This document shows, in pieces, positions 48,713 through 61,217 of a stretch of 64,000 bases of DNA (the stretch's first letter is position 1; each line of letters begins with the position of its first letter). Under the pieces are notes generated by a model, which was not told the DNA's origin, did no database searches, and worked only from the letters and a program-made list of their open reading frames with translations. Position numbers and translations under genes: made by a program. The stretch is from the NCBI GenBank assembly GCA_026023565.1, contig JAPETS010000013.1, forward strand, positions 186,001-250,000, in the 5' to 3' direction. The stretch is from Cirrosporium novae-zelandiae (Eukaryota).

Positions 48713-49221
48713 TCCTAACAAACTCCTAGATGGATTTAGAGGTAAAAATAAAGGTTATCTCAAAGGCATAGTTGTGGTTTGGGTGGTGGAAGCACGTGGC
48801 TGTGTTGCTGGATCGAGCGTAATTGTATTGAGCGTACTCCGTAGCGGATAATTAATTTATTTGAAGAAGTCACGCTGATGATCCCCTGTTTGGGTATCAC
48901 TCCTATTACAGATAGATTACGGAGTCATGGCATTGTCATCATTAATATTCTTTTGAGCTGATGAGTTTTGCACTTGACCAGCTTGAATATACAAAGTGGA
49001 AGACGTTGAATAATGATATACACTCCATACACCAGCTGTTCCAATCCCTCAACTGAAAAGTATTCGTCACGTCTGATCCAGCATCACCACTCAAGACCGT
49101 ATCTAATGAACCCCGCTACTCGAGCCCCTATCCCAACTTAACGCCATTTAAATGCACACCAAGGTACCGTAAAGCATGTATTAACACATAGAGGACCCTC
49201 CGCCCTCCGAATACCTCATGC

Positions 49222-52200
49222 TCAAAACAAAGATGGGGCAGGTCTTTTAAACGGATGTGCTTCCGTATTCCTATACCAGCCAGTCAATACGGCATTTTCT
49301 TATTGAAGTCCCAGGAAAAAACTTACAAAACATAATCGTCCAAGCTCATGACACTCGGGTCGCTGAACAAAAGATAAAAGTATTTTAGCGTCTCCGCTAA
49401 CCAGAAAGACTCCATCTCATCTTTGAATATAGGTGCCTGGCTCGTAACGTCTTTGATTGCTGAATTCCCAAATTCCGTTCTCGTGTAGTTCTGAATGGCC
49501 GTGAACATCTGCCAGCCCTTTTCGCGCCAGTACTCGTCACCGGTGGTTCGGTATAAGATGAAAACCGATTCAATAGCTTCGGGTCTATTTGAAAAGTTAA
49601 TAGGGTTGCTATCTCAACAGGTGGTATGATTGGTTACCTTAAAATATACTTAGGACTCCATATGTTAACAAACCCTGGAGGAAGTCTCTCCTCCTCAATC
49701 TTTGCCTGAACAAACTGCTCGTGTGTAGGGATGGGCTTGGGTGTAAAGGCTGGTTTTATTGGGTTGGTTTTTCTGCCACTACGTTGCCCATCACCATCCT
49801 TTTCAACCACAGGTGCTGCTGCCGGGCTTCCGGTAGAGGGAAGATCATACCCTCTATTGTAAACATCATCACCAACTTGCCTCTTTTTGATATTACTATC
49901 AAGTTGGTTCCTGTCGGGTTCCGCAAGTTTAGCCCTGGGAGGAGGAGCCTGAGGAAGTGTCTGAGCAGCAGATTCATCATCCTCATCATCCTCTTGGTGT
50001 GCTTCTAGAAGCTTTTGCTGGAGTGCTGCAGCTTCGTCTTCTCGCAGTTGACGCCACGGATCGAGTATTTCATGCCACTTGGTTTCATTCCACGGACATT
50101 TGGCCTGATCTTCACAAGGGACAGCAATAAACCCTTCAGGCATTATGCCTGTTGTCGTAGCTTCATAAGCCCATACGCAGCCATCAGTAAGACCTTTTGC
50201 GATGTCCATGTCTTCTGCTAAACCGAATATCTTAGCTCCAAGAGCAAACATTCCGCCAGCAAAGCAGGTAAGATGTTGGCCCTCAGGCTTAAGCTTTAAC
50301 CGGTGATCTCCATCTGTCTTGATGGATCCAGAGAAAAGAACCTTTCTATCCTCGTTGGGGATCATGGCCCTAAAAATTAAATACTTCCGGACAGTCTCCA
50401 TAGAATATTCGTACATGGTCCTATATTGATCGTTCACGCCACCTAGAAGCAAATACTCTTTCGGAAGGTATTCGTAGACAGAATCAGACATACCGCCAAG
50501 GGTGAATTCATCCAAAGTGGTTTTCGGAGGAGACCCTAGGCCTTGAGGTTCGCAAATTTCGCTACTAAGTGGAAGATCTGCTGATTTGAATCGCTCGGAG
50601 GATATTTTTGGCTCTCCGGGTGACTTAGGGGCCTTTGCAGATCGTGCGTCGGGGGAAGTCCCGTTGGTTGAAGTCTCCTGGGATTGTGACTCGTCCGATA
50701 CCGAGAGATCAGTTAACTGTCTCTTGTCAAGGGACGAAGATTGACTTGTCCCTTGCTCCGATGCTGCAGAGTCTCCCCAACCTTGAATTCGACCTTTCTT
50801 GATACTAGCACCGGTGGAAGATCCTTCAAGAGACGAATCTTTCTTGACAGTGTCAGTCCATGGAGTGGTATCGTCGTCATCGCTCTCCTCTTTCGAAGAT
50901 TTCGCTGAAGATGAATCTGAGTTTCCTCCCATCTGCTTACTCTGCCAATGTATCGAATCTTCAAGCTGGCTCTGTGGTCCGTTTAATAATGCATGCTCAA
51001 CGGATGTCGTAGACTGCTGAGAAAGCTTCTTACATCCCGATGCATCAACCGATACAGGCCACATCCCGGCCAGTTTCGTATTGTTCTGCCATATCTCAAA
51101 CTCGTTTGTAATCCGAGCAATTGCATCATAATACTTGGCATCCCTGGTGAGTTGGGCCAATCTGGTAAATTCCATGGATAGGGATCCAATCTCTGCAAGC
51201 ACAACACGGGTACTTGCACGATGAGGCTGAGACATGAACGTTGGCATCCAACGATAATAGGTTACTGGCATGCGGTTCGGAGTATCAAATGCTCCCATAA
51301 GGATCTCTCCGAGTTCGATGGCTTTGTCCAGAAGAGCTCGGTATCTTTGCCCGCTAATATCATAAGCTGCAAGTAAACCGCCCAAATATCTTATAACAGT
51401 TTCGAATAGTGGAATATCCTTCCTCGGGCTTGTAGTGAAATCGATCTTTTCAACTGCATTTACGGCCTCTTCAAATTCGGATTTTTTGCCCATAATCCAT
51501 AATGTATCAAGTGTATCCACCAAAGTCGCAGCCCAACCGCAGAATGGATCTCTGAAATCCCCAGAGACAGGCCTCAATTCATCATGGAGCCAAGCAAGTT
51601 CTTTGTAACCAGACCAAGCGTGGTCAAAGGCCTCCTCGACAGCAGCCAGTCTTCGTTGTCTATCGATCTTTGAATTTGAAGACTCATCCTTGAAATTATA
51701 TTGAATCTTAGGAATCTTCTTGACCTTTCCTGAAGGGATAGGTATAACGGATTCGGAGGGAAGGGGGAAATGCTCTGGGAATTTCGTCCAATGCATCACT
51801 GGTTGTGTAGAAGGGAAGATATTTGGTTCCTTCCTTCCTTGTCCTTGTTCTGATAACTCTTCATCTTCTGTATGTGTACCACTATGTGGATACGGAACCG
51901 TTCCTGCGTCAGAATCTTCCCATGGCTGGTCGGCCAATGTAGCCAAGGACACCGACGAAGATTTCGCGGTGCTTAAACTCGAACTCGTCTCCGAGCTCGC
52001 AATGGTTTTGACAATTGTGCTGGTCGGTGTAACGGCGAGGAAGTCTTCCAGGGTAGATGTAGTCAAGGGTTGACGTTTACTTGTCACAGTAGACGAAAAC
52101 TCTTCAGTATCCAGTTCAGCAGGCTTTAGACCTGAGCCATGTGTTTGGACCGGAACTGATAAAGGAGACGTTGTAATAACTGCATCCGGTCTTCCCCCAT

Positions 52201-52330
52201 AGTTCTTCAAACTTTCGACACTGATATTTGAAGACTCGAAGCTTGAACCACCAATCGAAAAGTAATATATGCCAAAAATCGAAAGAATGGCGAAGACGAG
52301 GAAGATGCGGTAGCGTCTAAGCCGCAGCAT
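49222..52330 (-). CDS. Class I alpha-1,2-mannosidase (GH47), type II membrane protein with long low-complexity inserts
   Basis: N-terminal TM anchor, '[12 protein letters not shown]', '[12 protein letters not shown]', '[14 protein letters not shown]', 'DSVYEYLPK', 'YILRPEAIES', '[15 protein letters not shown]', 'NTEAHPF'. Two 3' introns. Confidence 0.92.
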
Positions 52331-52959
52331 TTTGTTGGATTAAGTAGATTGTGGTAGCTTTATGGTTAAATATCCCCTGTGATGAGGGGAGAACTTGAGC
52401 TTGAGAGCTCAGAAGGAAAGAATCTCAAGAAAGCACTACTCCCATTGAATAATTCGTAAAAAGCCAGACCCAAGTGAGGAGAATTCAACAATTAATTTTA
52501 TTGATAACGAAGGATTTCTAGGTATTAAGGGGAAATAAGTTGATTGAACACAAGAGCTCTCCTCCCTGAAGAGTTGGAATGCTGGGAATGTTACAACTGG
52601 GGGTTTCTTGGCAGCTATGATGTGCTTGCCTGGGTGCTGTTTGGCTACTGTGAGATGAGACGGATCATCTAAAATTCCAATTCTGATAATTACCTCTCAC
52701 CCTCTTTGTGCTAAAAAGTAGTTAGTGACCTCTCGTATTTCGTATTTTGTGAACTATCGCAATTAACTAACCTCTTGTTGAATATTATTCCACTCAAGGG
52801 TTTTTATTCGAGGGACCATTGATATTTTTCTTCAAATCAATAAATTGACTACGGTCAAGCGTCAATCTGCCCTTGAGAGGGCATCCAAAAACTCCACTCC
52901 TTCCTCCGAGAGGTCCTAATAGCAACAACCTCACCATCTCCGAACATACAAATACATAG

Positions 52960-53514
52960 ATGCACAAAATGGTGCTGCCTATAAAATTCGCTAGGGTTGT
53001 CTCCGCGGGCCGCATGGCACGAACCGTCCGTGTCTCCCTACAAACACAAACCTATGATTCCTTCCTTCAAAAATTCTATCCCAGCTCAGTATCTCACCTC
53101 GTTCATGATCCCAACAACTCCCTCATTGAAGGCGATGTCATTCGCATCATCGGTGGCCATCGTGTTGCCAAGCATGTGAAGCATGTGGTGACTGAGATAG
53201 TGGTTCCATTCGGGAAGCCCATTGAAGAAAGACCGCCGGTCCTAAGTTTAGAGGAATTAAAACAGATAGCGGACGAAAAGAGAGAAGCAAGAAGGATACG
53301 AAAAGCCGAGGCAAGCGGAAAAGAAATTGGAGAAAAGAAAAAATATGTCGGGAAGATCAACACGAGGATCATGGAGAACAAAAGAAAAACCATTGAGAGA
53401 TATCAAATGGCATTGGGTAATAGGCAGGCTCTGGGACCGGTAAAGGAAGAGTTGAAGAGGATGGGGTTGGAGGGGATGGACCTCAAACAAGAACTGAAGG
53501 AGCTGCGGAGATGA
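52960..53514 (+). CDS. MRPS17: Mitochondrial ribosomal protein uS17m
   Basis: S17 OB-fold motifs 'VVSAGRMARTVRV', 'LVHDPNNSLIEGDVIRI', 'KHVKHVVTEIV', plus fungal C-terminal extension. Confidence 0.85.
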   Translation: MHKMVLPIKFARVVSAGRMARTVRVSLQTQTYDSFLQKFYPSSVSHLVHDPNNSLIEGDVIRIIGGHRVAKHVKHVVTEIVVPFGKPIEERPPVLSLEELKQIADEKREARRIRKAEASGKEIGEKKKYVGKINTRIMENKRKTIERYQMALGNRQALGPVKEELKRMGLEGMDLKQELKELRR

Positions 53515-54562
53515 ACACACGGATATTCGAATGTATTCCAGAGAAGTAAACGAGTGCGTGTGTATAACCAACCACATAAGACAATTGGCTCTAGAGAGAG
53601 TCCTTGTATCATATTTGGTATTCTCTACGAAGTATCCTTTACTTGTCAAAAATTCCTTGACGACACTCTCTGCCTAATGGTTCTCCTTATAATGTGGTTT
53701 CTTGAGCTACAGTACCACCTAAGCAGTGATTATCCTAACCCTTCTTCCAAGGGAAGAGAATTAACAAGACCCTTTCACCATAAGAGAATCTTGAACTAAT
53801 TTCACAAATGAACGGCATAGTTAATTTGTTCTCGAGCAGACATGCAGTGAAGGTGGTATTGAAGGTGGTATGTATATGTGTTCCCAATTCCCCTTCATTG
53901 GTAGCCAAAAACAATTCTGAGCAAGCAAGCAAGGACTGGACTAGACTCAAAGTCACCTAATATTTAATTATAGCCTTAGGCAGTTCTCTCCGAGTTTGAC
54001 CTTTTTCGTTCGTTCGTATTATATACTTCCTACCTAAAAACCAAATAAACATGTAAGCTTCAATATGATCATCATCCTTCAATAAACGAGGAAAGCAAAT
54101 ACAAATTAAATAGAATGGCTATTATTGAAACTAAATGTTGATTTGTTCTACCATGCAAAGCCTAGGCATAAGTAGTCCTCTTCTTCCTAAAACCTTGATC
54201 GTGAGTTATATTTCCCATAATTACAGGTTTCGAGCTAGCTGGATAATCATTTGAGCTTAAAATTCCGCTGGCATTCTAAACAATGTCCAAAATAACTTCA
54301 CGATTTTGTATTTATTAGGCAATACTTGGGCTACTACTAATGGCCGTTGTTGATAGTGACGGCTATAGGGAATGGAAGCTGGATGCTAACACGGATAGCA
54401 TAACTCCGATCTTGAACTGCTCCGAAAACCCGAAGAGAAATTTTTGGTCTGGAAGCTTGCCAGGAGAACAGATATGTCCTTCGAAAGCCACTGAAAGCTC
54501 CTTTTGTAGTAATCACTGCTCCCCCGAGATTTTCAGATCAACCTGGCATAAACCATGCTACT

Positions 54563-55231
54563 TCACAGTCTTTCTTCACCTTCGTCTGCCGTTCTGGCCT
54601 TTTCAAACAACCCCACAAACACATCTGGATCCTGCGCCCCGCCAACGTTATACTTGTTTTGTATAATAAAGTCCGGTACACCTGTAACATCCCTCTCCCG
54701 TGCTTCATCAACTTCACGGTCAACTTCTTTCCCACCAGCATCACTCTCCAACCATTTCTTTGTCTGCCCTTCTTCCAATCCAGCCAGTTTCGCCGCCTCC
54801 GTCAACGTATTGACATCCGTAATATCCCCTTCTTTCTCGAAGTAGCTCTTGAACAGCTCTTCAACCACACGATTCTGCATCTCCGTCCCCTTTTCTTTCC
54901 CTGTCATCGCAATCAAGCGATGTGATGTCCTCGTGTTTCCTGTATTACCTCCAAAACTGAAATTGATACCTTCCTGCTTGCCAACCGCTTCCAGGCGCTG
55001 GAAAATCATATTTGCGCGATCAGGTCCAAATTTGGAGGCATACATGGCACGCTTTGGGGTGCCGACCTTGGGAGCGGCAGGGTTGAGGTAATATGGATGC
55101 CATGTGATGGTGAAAGTAGTGGCTGGATAGCTATTCTTGTAGGTAGCAATGGCGTTACGGAGACGTTTGAGCCCAATGTAGCACCAAGGACAGACGGTGT
55201 CGAAGGTGACGGCGATAGAGATGTTGACCAT
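54563..55231 (-). CDS. DSBA-like thioredoxin-fold oxidoreductase (FrnE-like)
   Basis: 'FDTVCPWCYIG' CXXC motif, 'WHPYYLNP', 'GNTRTSHRL', cis-Pro loop 'VTGVPDF', 'GAQDP'. Intronless. Confidence 0.88.
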   Translation of the reverse strand: MVNISIAVTFDTVCPWCYIGLKRLRNAIATYKNSYPATTFTITWHPYYLNPAAPKVGTPKRAMYASKFGPDRANMIFQRLEAVGKQEGINFSFGGNTGNTRTSHRLIAMTGKEKGTEMQNRVVEELFKSYFEKEGDITDVNTLTEAAKLAGLEEGQTKKWLESDAGGKEVDREVDEARERDVTGVPDFIIQNKYNVGGAQDPDVFVGLFEKARTADEGEERL

Positions 55232-55804
55232 TTTATACTTGGCTGATTGAGATGATGGGTTTTAGAAGAAAATGGATATTAATTGCAGCGCTATTTCCTA
55301 AGGAGTTTTTGTGTGTAATTTTCAAAGGCTAGATGGTAGCAGTTAGCTAGAAATTTATATCAATTGCTAATCAATATTCCATCATATTGTCGTCGCGGAT
55401 ACGATGATGCTGAATTTGTCAGCTAGAATTGTTTCACTGGAATAAAAAAAACACCGAGACCGAGCTCCGACATAATGTTGTTATGTGAATAGTGAGTGCA
55501 TTGGATATATCTAACAGGAAAATGATCTGACTGTTGAGGAATAAGAAATCTTTTGCTGCTGGTATCTGATTGATTGATCTATCTTCATGGTTAATTCATG
55601 TATCTGTGAATGAGGTACTACCTTGGTAAATGTGTAGTAGACGGGTGCTAGGGTGAGACTCGGAATGTAGGGCTATTTCATTGCCCTAAGACCCGTTGAC
55701 CGGTTATTTTCCGGAAACAACAATTTCCAGTTCTCCGAAGATACCCGGTTCGTTCGCCAAGACATTTGACCGGTTCTAGATTCCCCTGCTCGTACCAGCT
55801 AAAG

Positions 55805-55810
55805 CCGAGG
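55805..55810 (-). promoter_or_regulatory. Candidate FarA/FarB (Ctf1) fatty-acid response element CCTCGG upstream of isocitrate lyase
   Basis: CCGAGG on + strand about 660 bp upstream of the ICL ATG. This hexamer is the known Far site upstream of glyoxylate-cycle genes in Aspergillus, but a hexamer can occur by chance. Confidence 0.35.
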
Positions 55811-56471
55811 TTAAAAGTCCACATGGAATCAACCACGTCCAGCACATCATGACTGATGCAACAGGCAATTGGATGAATGCAGATACAAAAGATCTTCAAT
55901 TCTTGGGCTAAATGTAGCGACTACCCAGACTTTGTATTCACACTCAGTTTATTGTTGTTCTTCTCTGGATCCAATCAATCATAGCTCGTTTAATGGTTCT
56001 TTGTCTAGAAGCATGGGTAGCAGTCATCTTATCCCCACAAGCTACAACCTTTTGTCCGAACGGGGGACAGCCCAGTCATCATGTGTCTGGGGAAAGTTAA
56101 TGGACGTAAGCCTATCATAGGCAGAACCATATGAAAGCCATCCAAGGCTTTCTTAAAGCTCTCACCGTGTATACGAGGTCTGCCGAGAACCGTCTGAAGC
56201 CGCTTGGCCGAGCTCAATCTCAAGGTGACTCTGACACTAAAAGCTTGTGATTCTCTTTTTCTATACCTTCTCCTCCTCTTTTTTCTTCTCCTTCACTCAA
56301 GTTCAATCCTCTGCTCTCTTCTGTGTCTTTTAGTTACACCGGTGTTTTGGCAGACCATCTCCACTCTTATAACTCATTCACATAAACATCCCAACCAAAC
56401 TTTCCACATTTGCTCCTAGATCAACCCTGGCGGGAAAATCAAATTTTGTATACGCTATACCAGTTGACAAT

Positions 56472-58251
56472 ATGGGTTTCCTCGAAGATGAAGATCAGAA
56501 GTATGCCGCTGATGTGCAGGCGGTAAAGCAGTGGTGGTCAGATTCACGATGGAGACACACAAAAAGACCATTCACTGCTGAGCAGATTGTGGCAAAGAGA
56601 GGTAACCTGAAGATTGAATATCCAAGCAATGTTCAGAGTAAGAAGTTGTGGCAGATCATTGAAGGACGGTTCAGCGTATGTTATTGCAAAATTCAAAATC
56701 GTCAATGGCATCTCCTAACAGGCCTATAGAATCAAGATGCAAGTTTCACCTACGGATGTTTGGATCCCACTATGGTCACTCAAATGGCCAAATACCTGGA
56801 TACTGTCTATGTCTCTGGCTGGCAATGCTCGTCCACTGCTAGCTCAACGGACGAGCCTTCTCCAGATCTTGCAGATTATCCTATGGTAAGATTGGTACAT
56901 CCCATCGTTGACGTCCTCCAATTGACTTTTGCATAGAACACTGTCCCCAACAAAGTACAACATCTCTTCATGGCACAACTGTTCCATGATCGGAAACAGC
57001 GAGAGGAGAGAATCACAACCCCCAAGGAGAAGCGAGGCAATGTTGCCAATACAGACTTCCTTCGACCGATTGTTGCAGATGCTGATACTGGACATGGTGG
57101 ATTGACTGCTATCATGAAGCTGACCAAACTTTTCATCGAAAAGGGAGCTGCTGGTATTCATATTGAAGACCAAGCTCCTGGAACGAAGAAATGCGGCCAT
57201 ATGGCTGGTAAGGTCTTGGTGCCCATCAGCGAACACATTAATCGATTAGTTGCAATCCGGGCTCAAGCCGACATTATGGGAACCGATCTTCTTGCAGTTG
57301 CACGAACAGACTCCGAGGCGGCTACCCTGCTTACATCCACCATCGATCCTCGGGACCATGCTTTCATCCTTGGATCAACCAATGCATCTCTCCAACCCCT
57401 TAATGACTTGATGATCGCAGCTGAACAAGCTGGCAAGAGTGGCGAGCAACTTCAAGCAATTGAGGATGAGTGGATGTCACAAGCCGGATTGAAGCTCTTC
57501 AGCAATGCCGTCATCGATGCCATTAATGCTGGTGTGCATGTGAATAAGAAGGGCCTCGTCGAGCAATACCTCAAGGCTTCCAAGGGTAAGAGCAATGCTG
57601 AATGCAGGGCTATTGCTAAGGGAATAACTGGAATGGATATTCATTTTGACTGGGACTCTCCCCGAACCCGAGAGGGATTTTACCGGTACCAAGGTGGTTG
57701 CGAATGTGCGATCAACAGAGCCGTTGCGTATGCTCCTTATGCCGACATGATTTGGATGGAGAGTAAGCTTCCAGACTACAAGCAGGCTGAAGAGTTTGCC
57801 CATGGAGTGCATGCCGTCTGGCCTCAACAGAAGTAAGTTTTTTCAACCCCTATTCGATATAATTGAACAAACACTAACCTGTCTTTCCCTCAGGCTTGCC
57901 TACAATTTGTCACCTTCGTTCAACTGGAAAGCAGCCATGCCCCGCGATGAGCAAGAGACATACATTAAGCGTCTCGCGAAACTCGGATACTGCTGGCAAT
58001 TTATTACACTCGCCGGTCTCCATACGACCGCCCTGATCTCCGACCAATTTGCTAGTGCGTACGCCAAGCACGGAATGCGTGCATATGGCGAACTCGTCCA
58101 AGAACCAGAAATGGCAGCTAAGGTTGACGTTGTGACACATCAGAAATGGTCGGGAGCCAATTATGTGGATAACTTGTTGAAGATGGTAACGGGAGGAGTC
58201 TCCAGCACAAGCGCGATGGGCAAGGGAGTCACTGAGGATCAATTCCATTAG
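56472..58251 (+). CDS. ICL1: Isocitrate lyase (AcuD)
   Basis: Catalytic '[10 protein letters not shown]', '[12 protein letters not shown]', '[11 protein letters not shown]', 'HQKWSGANY', C-terminus 'TEDQFH*'. Three introns. Confidence 0.95.
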
Positions 58252-59007
58252 TGGATGTCACATTGTTCCATTGTCCTTTGGTTGCATTCTTTGAGGTCCG
58301 CTTTGGATATTTTGTTGATACGATTTTGTTCGAAAAGTGGCTTGCTGCTTGGACTTCAGACATGAGGTTAAGCGGCTTCGATATACTTGCATATTTACAT
58401 TGCCAGAGAAACTACGTGGTTTCGAGGAAATTGGATGAAGGGAGAGGGAAGAGAAGGAAATTGTACTATAATACCTCATACTACCTACCAGCTATGGTCA
58501 AATAGCAAAAAAAAAGAAAAAAAAGAAAAGACTTTCTCGTCAACTTTTCGGATTCCCATAAGGATTTAGAATAATGACATTGATGAGCAATTGATGAGAG
58601 ATATTTAAGCAGAATGGGAGAGAAGTAATAGTTGTAATCTTGTGATCGTGTAATCTGGGTTGATGGAAAGGTGAAAGGGGAAAGGTAAGCGTGGTAAGTA
58701 GGTAAATTTACTTTGTGTGTTGAATGAACGATGACTTGGGTGTTTGAGCGATTGAGCGATTGGGTGTTTGAGTGGATAAAAGGCGCAGAAATAGTGGCTT
58801 TCGGGGTGGGGTAAACTTGGCCTTTCATCATTGTTCCCACACTTGGAACAAGACGTGTGTGGCTCAGCAAAATAGCATCTGGAATAAATACCTTGAGTAC
58901 ATATTACTCAATTCTTGAACATTGTCACCCAATTCTTTTTCTTTTTCTTTTCTTTTGCCCTTTTCTCATCCTTGACTTGTTTTCCTTTTTCGGTTCTCTA
59001 ATGGATC

Positions 59008-60544
59008 ATGGTTGTCTTTGTTGATTTCGATGAAACCACTTACGACCCTCGTACCACCAGTTCAGTACATATGTACAGCAATAATGATGACGCGATAGCT
59101 CTAAAACACAGGTTTCAACAGGCCAATGGCTTCCCAATGAATTCAAATGAAATAGAAAAAGAAGAATTAGAACGTCCAAATCCCAATATCAACACTAAAT
59201 TCTCCGCTGCCTTGGGATGTTATCCGTAAGCTCAATCCCTTGCCACCTTTTCCCAATTTCTCCACCCCCGCTTCCCTCTCCTCTCCCCAAACCAAACTAA
59301 CCATCCCCCAGAATTGTAGTCCAGCTCGCGCACTCCCTAGACCTCAACACCCTGCACGCGCTATCCCTAACATGTCGTCAATTCCGAGCCAACCTCCTTC
59401 AATTCCGCGCCCATCTGGTAACACAAACCCTCCGCTGCCAAAACGAAGACGGCTCCGCACCACCACAGGAGCTAGATCTGAGGAATGGGCTTGCAGGTTC
59501 CAGGGATATATGGCAGGTGAATAATGGTAGTAATCTAAGAGTGTTAACTGGGAGAGGGGGCACGTGTGCGAGGGATATGGTGCAGGAGTGTCGGAGGTGT
59601 GGTGCTGTTGTTTGTAGGGTACGTATTCCGTGATGCGTCTCCTAGTACTACTTTCTACACACCTTTTCAAGGATACCAATCAACCCATATATAATATATA
59701 CCAACCCATATATATACCAATCCATATCCACAACCCCCCCACCACCACTAACCAAACCGCCAACCAACTTTAACAGAACTGTACGACCAAACCGCCACCA
59801 CCCCCCCACCTCCCCTCACGCCATCGACGCCTCTGCCGTACATGCGCGCTGTCCCCGCTAACCACGCTTACCCTCCCCCAAAACATCAACACCAACCCAC
59901 CGGCCTTCACAGCCCCCGCCTTCGCGCGCCACCCATGCACCTGCCCAACACATTTCTACCTCTGCATCCCCTGTGGAGCGACGCTCACATCCAGCGACAC
60001 GGACTACCGCCGCGTGTGGAGCTGGCGAACACGATACACAGCCTCGCTCGGGGGCCTCGGTACAGGTGTGGGCGAAGGGGTCGAGGGCGTCAAATGCGGA
60101 CGCGGGGAACACTGTCTAGGCGCCCGAACCGTCGAAGTAGAATCCGATTCCGGCCTCCCACCCGAAGAATACTGCTACAATTCGAATTCAAGCTCCAGCA
60201 ATAACTCCACCCCCCAACCAACATTACCCCTACCATCCCCCTCTCCCTCACCCTCACCCTCCTCCACACACACGCCCTCACCAGCCCACACACCCAATCC
60301 GCGTGCAGGGTACCTCCGCCAAGAAATCCTGGGTATCGGCGGTGTGGTAAAGAAAATCGTAAAGCGCCGCGTGAGGGTTGGGGCGACAGTTCGAGAGTGG
60401 GAAGATGAGAGGGGGGATGGGCAGAAGTGGCTTGAGAGGGAGAGGAATGGACGTGAGAGGAGCTGGTGTGGGTGGTGTGAGCGAGTTATTTTGCGTTTGG
60501 ATGAGGAGGAGGGGGGGAGAGGGGGGGTAGGTGATGTGAAATAG
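59008..60544 (+). CDS. Conserved-looking fungal Cys-rich hypothetical protein with F-box-like N-terminal segment
   Basis: Exons join via introns at about 59226-59311 and 59619-59776: 'ALGCYP-IVVQLARSLDLNTLHALSLTCRQFRANL', 'CARDMVQECRRCGAVVCR-NC', 'RLCRTC', 'CTC..LCIPCG', 'WRTRYT', 'RSWCGWCERV'. Confidence 0.7.
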
Positions 60545-60968
60545 ATGGATGGGTTGTTGAGTTTATTAAGTGAGAGGAAAGGGAGGTTCAGTGAATACTT
60601 CCATTTCCATTTCCGGTGCCGGTGCCGGTGCCATGGTTCGGCAGGACTGGAACTAGATTGGGTCAGGTTGGGGGGCCTTCAAACAAACGACCGGGTATAA
60701 TGGCTCCATGGGGTGGTTATATTGCATACCAAGCATACATACAGGCATACAGACATATAGCCATAAAAACAGAAGAAAAAAGAAAATATATCAATATAGT
60801 TATGAATATACGATTTGAACGACCTACGGTACCCGTCGATATCTACTGTACTCATAGAGAAAAAAAAATCTCATTCATAAAAATCAGGGAGTCCTATTCA
60901 ATAGAAACTCCACTTGGGGGGGAATATATCTCCAAAAAAGCTATGGACTTTCTCTCTCCCTCTGGGCT

Positions 60969-61025
<57 letters not shown>

Positions 61026-61217
61026 CATAATAAAATATAAACACCAAGTCCGCGATTAAGCGTTTGAATTTGTGAATTAAAAAAAAGGAAAAAGGGGGGG
61101 AAGGTGGAGAAGGGAAAACAAATAAACACAGCACAGAAGCTCCCTAATCGCTTTCATAAAAAAGAAAAAAAAAGACCATTGTGTACTTCCCCTATCCCAT
61201 TTTTCGTTTTCCAAAAA

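Noticed and set aside
58249..58370. Stop-codon read-through giving a cryptic PTS1 on isocitrate lyase
   Set aside because: The TAG context is not TGA-CTA-like, and the extension ends ...GLQT*, not an SKL-type signal.
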